Shown here one piece after another: positions 54,728 through 61,922 of a DNA stretch of 61,922 nt. The notes below the pieces were generated by a model, which was not told the origin of the DNA, did no database searches, and worked only from the letters and a program-made list of their open reading frames with translations. Position 1 is the stretch's first letter. Each line of letters starts with the position of its first letter. The stretch lies in contig CAKTYF010000001.1 of assembly GCA_934631995.1 (NCBI GenBank), forward strand, positions 1-61,922, written 5' to 3'. Both the position numbers and the translations under genes were made by a program. This stretch comes from an uncultured Eggerthellaceae bacterium (GTDB lineage: Bacteria > Actinomycetota > Coriobacteriia > Coriobacteriales > Eggerthellaceae).

Positions 54728-55351
54728 ATGGCAACTATTGAGATCAAAGACACGAAGGGTCAGGGTGCCGGCGCAGCCGAACTCGCAGACTCCGTGTTCG
54801 GCATTGAGCCGAACGTGCCTGTGATGCATCAGGTTGTACGCGCACAGCGTGCTTCTTGGCGTCAGGGCACGAGCAATACCCTTACTCGTGGTCAAGTGAG
54901 GGGCGGCGGCAAGAAGCCGTTCCGTCAGAAGGGCACCGGCAACGCTCGTCAGGGTACCAGCCGTGCTCCGCAGATGCCCGGTGGCGGCATTGTGTTTGGC
55001 CCGCATCCTCGTTCTTACGACATCAAGGTCAACAAGAAGGAGATCAAGCTGGCTATGCGCTCTGCATTGTCCGCTAAACTGGCTGATGGTGAGCTTATCG
55101 TTGTTGACAAGTTCGACTTCGAGCAGCCGTCTACCAAGGCTGCTGTTGCTGCACTGAAGGCTTTGGGTGTTGAAGGCCGTAGCACCGTTTTCATCGGCGA
55201 CGACGACATCAACGCATTCTTGTCCTTCCGCAACATCAAGTCTGTTACTGTTATCCCTGTTGCTTTCATGAACACCTATGACTTCTTGGACAACAAGAAG
55301 CTCATCGTGACCTCTGAAGCACTGGAGCGCATTCAGGAGGTGCTCGCATAA
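54728..55351 (+). CDS. rplD: 50S ribosomal protein L4
   Basis: The ATG at 54728 lies 9 nt after gaggag. RGGGKKPFRQKGTGNARQG motif. Confidence 0.9.
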   Translation: MATIEIKDTKGQGAGAAELADSVFGIEPNVPVMHQVVRAQRASWRQGTSNTLTRGQVRGGGKKPFRQKGTGNARQGTSRAPQMPGGGIVFGPHPRSYDIKVNKKEIKLAMRSALSAKLADGELIVVDKFDFEQPSTKAAVAALKALGVEGRSTVFIGDDDINAFLSFRNIKSVTVIPVAFMNTYDFLDNKKLIVTSEALERIQEVLA

Positions 55352-55635
55352 TGAAGGATCCTCGCGAGGTTATCATTCGCCCGGTTATCACCGAGCACAG
55401 CTACGACATGATGGAGAAGAACACCTACACGTTCGAGGTTGCTAAGACCTCCAACAAGGTGGAAATCGCTCAGGCTATCACCGCAATCTTCAACGTGAAG
55501 GTGACCAAGGTGAACACGCTGAACGTGAAGCCGAAGCCGAAACAGCGTCGTGGCATTCAGGGCAAGACCCGTACCTGGAAAAAGGCTATGGTTACTCTTG
55601 CTCCCGGCGAGAAGATCGAGATTTTCGGTGCCTAG
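55351..55635 (+). CDS. rplW: 50S ribosomal protein L23
   Basis: ATGA overlap with rplD. 94 aa, IIRPVITEHS... Confidence 0.95.
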   Translation: MKDPREVIIRPVITEHSYDMMEKNTYTFEVAKTSNKVEIAQAITAIFNVKVTKVNTLNVKPKPKQRRGIQGKTRTWKKAMVTLAPGEKIEIFGA

Positions 55636-55736
55636 AGCGACTGATTCGCTCTTACGCGCGCCCTCATGGCGCTAAGGCCTATTCGGTTGCACGTCGGGCG
55701 AATCAGTTCGCTTGATGCACCGAAAAGAGAACTCGC

Positions 55737-55768
55737 AAGAGCCTCCTCATCAGAGGGGGCTCTTTTTA
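55737..55768 (+). terminator. Rho-independent terminator ~100 nt after rplW
   Basis: 10-bp stem aagagcctcc / gggggctctt followed by a T run. Confidence 0.7.
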
Positions 55769-55886
55769 TGCGCGAAGTCCGAATGCGGGGGGAGAGGCAG
55801 CGGGCGAAGAGGCAGGCGAACGACCGGGTGGGCAAAGAGACGGGCGAAGGGGCAGGCGAAGGGAACTTGCAACGCGGCGCGAGAAT

Positions 55887-55917
55887 TGTTGACAAAAGGT
55901 GGGGTAATTTGACAACA
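55887..55917. repeat. 31-nt palindromic intergenic repeat, copy 3, 144 nt upstream of tig
   Basis: tgttgacaaaAGGTGGGGTAAtttgacaaca. Confidence 0.8.
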
Positions 55918-56060
55918 AATCGGAAACTGTCGCCGCTCCCCAAAAAAATGCTCTTTTGTTTAATGTTGTGCTGCCATATTGCAATAGGTAAGCTACAATT
56001 CCAAGTTGGAAAAAATGGGTTGAATGGCATACGAGTTATTTTTGGGGGAGAAGCAAAAAC

Positions 56061-57389
56061 ATGAAGGTAACTCAGAAGAAAATTGATGGTGGCAAGTATC
56101 TGCTGGATTGCGTTGCCTCCGAAGAGGACGTTTCGAAGGCGTTCTACACCGCCTCTGTGGAATTCGCAAGCCAAATGGGTCTGCGTCCGCAGAAGGATAT
56201 CACGGTCGAGCAGGCATGCCGCGACCAGCTGGGCATCACTGATCTGGACTCCATGGTTCAGGGTCGCGCTCTTGAGCTGATTGCCCCCATGGCTCTAGAC
56301 AAGAAAGACATTATTCCGTTGTTCCCGCCCACGCCTATGGGAACCACCGAATTCAAGCGCGGCAAGAAGTTTGCGTTTACCATGACGGTCACCCCGAAGC
56401 CTGCTTACGAGCTGACTTCCTATGACCCCGTTGAATTTACGTTCCCGCCGTTTACTCCCGATTTGTCGGGTGTGGATGATCAGATCAAGCGCATTGCCGA
56501 ACAGTATGCTGGTTACGGCACCGCCCCCGAGCAGCACGAAGTGCGCAAGGGCGATACCTGCTTGATTTCCATCGATGCCGCCGTTGATGGCGTGCCGCTG
56601 GCTGGCTTGAACACGCCGGGTCGTCCTTACACGGCTGGCGAGGGCTACATGCCTCCGCAGTTCGATGAAGCCGTTATTGGCATGAAGCCGGGCGAAACAA
56701 AGACGTTCTCGTTCGAGGCTCCCGACTGGGATCCCGAAAAGGGCGAGGTCATGCAGAACATTCACTGCACCGTTGAGGTAAAGGAGCTGCAGGAAAAGCA
56801 GGTTCCCGAGATCGACGACGAGTGGGTTAAGACCTACATGCCCATGTATCGCAGCTTGGAAGACTTCCGTCATTCCTTGGAAGACCAGTTCACCGCCATG
56901 CAGCGTGAGCAGTACGATAACGCTCTGCGCGGTCAGGCCGCCGCGGCTCTGACCAGCCGCTTCCAGGGCTCTATTGCCGATGAGGCATATGAAATCACCA
57001 GCAAGATGATTCAGGACAACTTGCGTCAGGAAATTTCCGCGCAGGGTATGACCTGGGATCAGTTCCTCGAGGAAAACGGTGGAGCTCAGCAAGTCAATAT
57101 GCTCATGATGATGCAAACGCGTCAGCAGCTGGTTACCGGCTTTGCGCTGGATGCCGTATTCCGCAAGAAGAAGCTGGTTGTTTCCGAGGAAGATATTATG
57201 GACGCATGCAAGAACATGAATCCGCAATATCCTTCCCGTGTACGCAAGGAGTTAGAGGACACTGGCCGCAATTTCGTGTTACGCGAAAGTGCTGAACGCG
57301 TGTGCGCTGCTAAGTACTTAGTGAAGCATGCAATCATTCACGAGCCGGTGAAAGACAACCAGGAAACTCCTACGGAAGCTGCCGAATAG
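56061..57389 (+). CDS. tig: Trigger factor
   Basis: 442 aa with an N-terminal ribosome-binding domain, an FKBP-like middle (GMKPGETKTFSFEAP) and a helical C-domain. Confidence 0.8.
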   Translation: MKVTQKKIDGGKYLLDCVASEEDVSKAFYTASVEFASQMGLRPQKDITVEQACRDQLGITDLDSMVQGRALELIAPMALDKKDIIPLFPPTPMGTTEFKRGKKFAFTMTVTPKPAYELTSYDPVEFTFPPFTPDLSGVDDQIKRIAEQYAGYGTAPEQHEVRKGDTCLISIDAAVDGVPLAGLNTPGRPYTAGEGYMPPQFDEAVIGMKPGETKTFSFEAPDWDPEKGEVMQNIHCTVEVKELQEKQVPEIDDEWVKTYMPMYRSLEDFRHSLEDQFTAMQREQYDNALRGQAAAALTSRFQGSIADEAYEITSKMIQDNLRQEISAQGMTWDQFLEENGGAQQVNMLMMMQTRQQLVTGFALDAVFRKKKLVVSEEDIMDACKNMNPQYPSRVRKELEDTGRNFVLRESAERVCAAKYLVKHAIIHEPVKDNQETPTEAAE

Positions 57390-57415
57390 CATCCGTGTTT
57401 CAAGGGTTATTGAAG

Positions 57416-57445
57416 CCGCCGGTCCGTGAGGGTCGGCGGTTTTTG
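57416..57445 (+). terminator. Rho-independent terminator after tig
   Basis: ccgccggtcc-gtga-gggtcggcgg followed by ttttt. Confidence 0.7.
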
Positions 57446-57755
57446 TTTGCCCCTGCTTGGCTCGTTGCCCCTTTTGGTTGCATGCGGAAAATTTCAAAAC
57501 AGCGAATTGCGCTGATTGTGGGGTAAAAGTGCTGCTCGCGCCCTGAAAGGCGAAAGCAGAGTAAAATACTAGGTTCGTACGTTTTTTTCGCAGAACAGAA
57601 AGCAAGAAGAACGCAAGAGCGAGAATCGCAAAACCGCGCAGACCGCGAACGCCTGATGCGCGCGCAACGTAAAGCGCAGAACGCGAAACTGCGAACGTAC
57701 GACCCGAAAACGTAAGAACCAAATGAACATATAGAGGCACGAACAAGGAGAAAAG

Positions 57756-59171
57756 ATGAAAGACGTACGCGTCTGCGATGTAACCATGAAACAGTTTGCC
57801 CGCTCAAAGGCATTCTCTCTTTCCTTCAAAGAAAAGCTGGAAACGGCGAAATTGCTCGATCGCCTGGGTGCTTCCGTTATTGAAATCGAAGGCATTGAGC
57901 GCGCTAAGGCCGATAGCTTGTTGATCAAGTCAATCGCGTCCATCGCGAAAAACAGCATGCTGGCCGTTCCGGTGGCGCTGGGCGGCGAAAACCTTGAGCT
58001 GACCTGGAAGTCTTTGGCTGAAGCGAAGAGCGCTCGCCTGCAGGTTGAAGCATCGGTGAGCCCTGCTCAGATCGAATACATTTACCGCAAGAAGGCAGCC
58101 GCCATGGCGCAAAGCATTGTGGACACTATTAAGATGTGCGCCGAAAAAACGCAGAACGTGGAATTCGTTGCCATTGATGCCGGCCGCTCGGACATGGATT
58201 ACCTGGAAGAGGTAATTGCCCAGGCAATCGAAGCCGGCGCAACCACCGTCACGGTATGCGACACGGCAGGAAAGATGCTGCCCGGCGAATTCGCGCAGTT
58301 CATTCGCGACCTGTATCAGGCCGTTCCTGCTTTGGCAAACGTGGCTTTGGGCGTTTCTTGCGGCGATGACTTGGCCATGGCCGATGCATGCGTGATTGCC
58401 GCCGTTATGGAAGGCGCAGGTGAAATCAAAACGGCATCGTATGCCCTGAACGTTGCTTCCACGGAGAAAATCGCGAAGATCCTCTCGGCAAAACAGGACG
58501 CGTGCCAAGCAAAGTGTTCGGTTCGCACCACGGAAATCGATCGCATCACGGCTCAAATCGCGCGCATTTGCGAAGGTGGCGAAGCGAAGGGCGCCGCACT
58601 TTCCGCTGCGGCCATCCAAAGCGATGAAACCATGGTGCTCACGGTGCACGATAGCCAAGAGCAAGTGATGGCGTGCGTAGAGAAGTTGGGCTACGACCTT
58701 TCCGCAGAAGACGCCTTGGCGGTATATGAGGCGTTCGTGCGCATTGCCTCTAAGAAAGAGAAAGTGGGCAGCCTGGAGCTTGACGCCATTGTGGCAAGCG
58801 CTGCGCTGCAGGTCCCGCCAACGTACGTGCTTGATAGCTACGTTATCAATACGAGCAACATTGCAACTGCTTCTGCTCACGTGAAAATGGCGAAAAACGG
58901 CGAGACGATTGAGAGCATCGTTTTGGGCGATGGCCCCATTGATGCTGCGTTCCATGCTATCGAGAAGATTATCGGCCGCCGCTATGAGCTGGACGGATTC
59001 CAGATTCAGGCTGTGACCGAGGGCCAGGAAGCCATGGGCGAGGCTGTAATCAAGCTGGTCTCCGACGGCAAAGTGTATTCGGGCCGCGGCATTTCGACCG
59101 ACATTATTGGCTCGAGCATTCACGCCTATATCAACGCTTTGAACAAAATCGTCTATGAGGAGCAAAACTAA
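57756..59171 (+). CDS. LeuA/HMGL-like protein lacking the canonical catalytic motifs, with a C-terminal LeuA dimer/regulatory domain
   Basis: 471 aa. DVTMKQFAR replaces DTTLRDGEQ, and VSCGDDLAMADA replaces HxHNDxGxAxAN. The C-terminal GDGPIDAAFHAIEKI...ISTDIIGSSIHAYINALNKI is LeuA_dimer-like. Confidence 0.7.
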   Translation: MKDVRVCDVTMKQFARSKAFSLSFKEKLETAKLLDRLGASVIEIEGIERAKADSLLIKSIASIAKNSMLAVPVALGGENLELTWKSLAEAKSARLQVEASVSPAQIEYIYRKKAAAMAQSIVDTIKMCAEKTQNVEFVAIDAGRSDMDYLEEVIAQAIEAGATTVTVCDTAGKMLPGEFAQFIRDLYQAVPALANVALGVSCGDDLAMADACVIAAVMEGAGEIKTASYALNVASTEKIAKILSAKQDACQAKCSVRTTEIDRITAQIARICEGGEAKGAALSAAAIQSDETMVLTVHDSQEQVMACVEKLGYDLSAEDALAVYEAFVRIASKKEKVGSLELDAIVASAALQVPPTYVLDSYVINTSNIATASAHVKMAKNGETIESIVLGDGPIDAAFHAIEKIIGRRYELDGFQIQAVTEGQEAMGEAVIKLVSDGKVYSGRGISTDIIGSSIHAYINALNKIVYEEQN

Positions 59172-61681
59172 TGAAACTGTCTTTTTCCACAAAGGGCTGG
59201 TCTGAGCGTTCTTGGGACGAATTGGTTGGCCTGGCCGAAGAAATGGATTTCAACGGCATTGAAGTGTTCGATGTCGCGAAAAACGAAGAACTGGTGGGCA
59301 AGGGTGCGCCCTTCCATATTTATAACACGCATGCAACGGCGCGTGAGCTGCGCGAAAAAGGCCTGCAGATTCCGGTGCTCAATACGTCTGTTGACATTGC
59401 CGATGGCCAAGATCACACGAAAGAGCTCACGGCGTTCATCAACATTGCAAGCGAAGTGTTCGCAACGGGCGTATGCGTAACTGCTGTTGCCGGCAACGAA
59501 GAAGCTGCGCGCGCCTCGCTTTCCGCCATTATGCCGTACGCCGAAGAAAAGCAGGTGTCTGTGCTCATTGAGACAACGGGCATCTATGCCGATACGGCGC
59601 GTCTGCGCGAGCTCATGGACGCGTATGCAAGCGATTACCTGGGTGCGTTGTGGTCGGTTCGTCATCCGTATTGGGAGTTCGAGGAAAAACCCGCCATCAC
59701 CATCCGCAATTTGGGCGCTTATGTGAAGCACGTGCACCTGGTGGACTCCGAAGCCGACCACAGCCCCGCGCTGGTGGGCGAGGGCGTTTTGCCGCTGGAT
59801 GAAGTGATGCTGGCGCTTTCTTCCATTGACTACGACGGCTTCATTTCGTTGGAATGGATGCCCGAATGGATGGAAGACGTGACCGAGCCTGAAATCATTC
59901 TGCCGCATTTCGTGAACTACATGGACCGCTTCGCCAGCACGAAGGGCGCGAAAGGCCGCTCGCTGCAGTGGAACCACGACAGCACTGGCCAGTTCGTGTG
60001 GCCTAAATATGACCTGGTAGATTTGACGTTCCCGCAGGTACTTGATCGCATTGTGGAAGAGTTCCCCAACCAGTACGCCTTCAAGTACACCACGCTTGAC
60101 TACACGCGTACCTACGAAGAATTCCGCGAGGATGTGGATAGCTTCGCGCGTGCTTTGGTGAGCATGGGCGTGAAGCCAGGCAGCAAAGTGGCTATTTGGG
60201 CAACGAACGTACCTGCGTGGTACATCACGTTCTGGGCGGCAACGAAGATCGGCGCCGTACTGGTAACGGTGAACACCGCGTACAAGATCCACGAAGCGGA
60301 GTACCTGTTTAGACAATCTGATACGCATACGATTGTCATGATCGACCGTGCGCTGGACTCCAATTACGCGCAAATTATCAACGAGCTGTGCCCCGAAATC
60401 AAAGACACGGTGCCCGGCGAGCAGCTGCATTGCAAGAAGTTGCCGTTCCTGCGCAACGTGATTACCGTGGGCTTCAAAATGCCCGGCTGCCTGACGCTGG
60501 AAGAAGCCATGGACCGCAGCTCGCTGGTACCCAAAGAGGAAATCCTGCGCATGGCCGCTGCCGTTAAGCCCGATGACGTGTGCAATATGCAATACACATC
60601 CGGCACTACGGGCTTCCCTAAGGGCGTTATGCTCACGCATCGCAACGTGGTGAACGACGGCAAGACCATCGGCGACCGCATGGGCTTGTCCACGGCTGAC
60701 CGCATGATGATCCAGGTGCCCATGTTCCACTGCTTCGGCATGGTTTTGTCCATGACCAGCTCCATGACGCACGGTGCAACCATGTGCCCCATGCCGTATT
60801 TCTCGGCGAAGGCGTCGCTTTCTTGCATTACGCAGGAGCGCATCACGTGCTTCAACGGCGTGCCCACCATGTTCATTGCCATGTTCAACCATCCGGATTA
60901 CAAGAAGACCGACTTCTCGCACATGCGCACGGGCATTATGGCGGGCGCTGGATGCCCTGCTGACCTGATGAAACGCGCAGCGCAGCCCGATGAGATGAAC
61001 ATGACGGGCATTATATCTGTGTACGGCCAGACCGAAAGCGCGCCTGGTTCCACCATGAGCGAGTGGACCGATTCGCTTGACTTGCGCACCGAGACCGTGG
61101 GCCACGACTTCCCCTATATCGAGTGCAAGATCGTAGACCCCGAAACGGGCGAGGAAGTGCCCGATGGCGAAAACGGCGAGTTCTGCAGCCGCGGCTACAA
61201 CACCATGAAGGGCTACTACAAGATGCCCAATGAGACGCGCGGCGCAGTTGATGCGGAAGGCTGGCTGCACTCCGGTGATCTGGCGTGCCGCGTGTACAAC
61301 GAGCGCTACACCGACAAAAACGGCAAGATGCTGCCTTGCTATATCATTACCGGTCGCTTGAAGGACATGATCATTCGTGGTGGCGAGAATCTGTATCCCA
61401 AAGAGATCGAGGACTTCGTTTACACGCATCCTAAAGTGCAAGATGTGCAGGTTGTGGGCGTGCCTGACAAGAAATACGGCGAAGAGGCCGCGGCGTGCAT
61501 CATCTTGAAGGACGGCGAGGAAATGACCGAGGAAGAGATGCGCACGTTCATGGTTGAGCGTATTGCGCGCCATAAGGTTCCGCGCTACATCAAGTTTGTG
61601 GATTCGTTCCCCATGAATGCGGCGGGCAAGATTCTGAAGTACAAGATGCGCGAAGAGCTCGCAAAAGAATACGGCTGCTAG
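59171..61681 (+). CDS. Fusion protein: xylose-isomerase-like TIM-barrel (sugar phosphate isomerase/epimerase family) N-domain plus AMP-dependent acyl-CoA synthetase/ligase
   Basis: 836 aa. The start overlaps the previous stop by 1 nt. AMP-binding motif YTSGTTGFPKGV, and GYYKMP...GWLHSGDL. Confidence 0.8.
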   Translation: MKLSFSTKGWSERSWDELVGLAEEMDFNGIEVFDVAKNEELVGKGAPFHIYNTHATARELREKGLQIPVLNTSVDIADGQDHTKELTAFINIASEVFATGVCVTAVAGNEEAARASLSAIMPYAEEKQVSVLIETTGIYADTARLRELMDAYASDYLGALWSVRHPYWEFEEKPAITIRNLGAYVKHVHLVDSEADHSPALVGEGVLPLDEVMLALSSIDYDGFISLEWMPEWMEDVTEPEIILPHFVNYMDRFASTKGAKGRSLQWNHDSTGQFVWPKYDLVDLTFPQVLDRIVEEFPNQYAFKYTTLDYTRTYEEFREDVDSFARALVSMGVKPGSKVAIWATNVPAWYITFWAATKIGAVLVTVNTAYKIHEAEYLFRQSDTHTIVMIDRALDSNYAQIINELCPEIKDTVPGEQLHCKKLPFLRNVITVGFKMPGCLTLEEAMDRSSLVPKEEILRMAAAVKPDDVCNMQYTSGTTGFPKGVMLTHRNVVNDGKTIGDRMGLSTADRMMIQVPMFHCFGMVLSMTSSMTHGATMCPMPYFSAKASLSCITQERITCFNGVPTMFIAMFNHPDYKKTDFSHMRTGIMAGAGCPADLMKRAAQPDEMNMTGIISVYGQTESAPGSTMSEWTDSLDLRTETVGHDFPYIECKIVDPETGEEVPDGENGEFCSRGYNTMKGYYKMPNETRGAVDAEGWLHSGDLACRVYNERYTDKNGKMLPCYIITGRLKDMIIRGGENLYPKEIEDFVYTHPKVQDVQVVGVPDKKYGEEAAACIILKDGEEMTEEEMRTFMVERIARHKVPRYIKFVDSFPMNAAGKILKYKMREELAKEYGC

Positions 61682-61705
61682 TTGCTCTTCGCAGCTGCTG
61701 CCAAA

Positions 61706-61736
61706 TGTTGTCAAATTACCCCACCTTTTGTCAACA
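61706..61736. repeat. 31-nt palindromic intergenic repeat, copy 4, 25 nt after the ligase stop
   Basis: tgttgtcaaaTTACCCCACCTtttgtcaaca. Confidence 0.8.
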
Positions 61737-61756
61737 AAGGGTGGGGTTGTTGTTTT
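61719..61756 (+). terminator. Rho-independent terminator built partly from repeat copy 4
   Basis: 11-bp stem ccccacctttt / aaagggtgggg, 6-nt loop, then ttgttgtttt. Confidence 0.7.
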
Positions 61757-61922
61757 GGTGCCTCGCAGGTGCTTGGCAGAGGGGGGCGGCAAGCGCGGGA
61801 TTATTCACGGATGTGAAAAAGACCCCGTCCCTTTTTAACATCGCGCGCGCAGGCGTCGTGAGCGCGCCCCTTGCCTTGCAGTGCTATACTGGGGCGCATG
61901 ACAAATTGCCTGGGACATACAC

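Noticed and set aside
55666-56064. 132-aa ORF in the rplW-tig intergenic region. Its VDKRWGNL peptide recurs in other spurious ORFs.
   Set aside because: The recurring peptide is simply the translation of the 31-nt palindromic repeat. The ORF spans a terminator and low-complexity tracts.

Overview
This is a 61.9-kb chromosomal window from a moderately high-GC genome. The gene content (a multi-TM LuxR regulator, ApbE/FMN-bind genes, iorAB, cimA) suggests Actinomycetota, class Coriobacteriia, Eggerthellaceae-like; that placement is inference only. The backbone is housekeeping: purE, iorAB, nfo, apt, pyc, a CBS-DHH pyrophosphatase, prfC, xpt, cysE, cimA, a P-type ATPase, rpmE, rpsL-rpsG-fusA-rpsJ-rplCDW and tig. 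Four kinds of accessory or unusual content stand out. (1) At 8.5-19.6 kb there is an extracytosolic flavinylation / electron-transfer-like cluster. It has three FMN-bind proteins carrying SGAT motifs (one is a 1123-aa surface protein with cohesin and dockerin), a NapH-like polyferredoxin, ApbE, a NusG_II protein, and a single-polypeptide Gx-EcfA-EcfA'-EcfT transporter. (2) There are three lower-GC insertions (GC judged by eye). One is a DUF559-type endonuclease-fold gene bracketed by 76-bp hairpin-forming direct repeats (3.96-5.19 kb). One is an AbiEi/AbiEii module bracketed by ~50-bp direct repeats (32.7-34.5 kb) next to two TetR genes. One is a five-gene minus-strand island (44.3-49.4 kb). 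(3) The core of that island is an overlapping gene pair: an intracellular DNase-I-fold (EEP) nuclease and a 780-aa orphan protein. This pair is my best candidate for an undescribed defence/toxin-type system. (4) There are several intergenic repeat families: a 31-nt palindrome in 4 copies, two ~230-bp MITE-like elements with ~50-bp inverted ends, and GC-rich or T-depleted low-complexity tracts. I saw no rRNA, tRNA or CRISPR array. Many long antisense ORFs in the track are GC-driven shadows of real genes.
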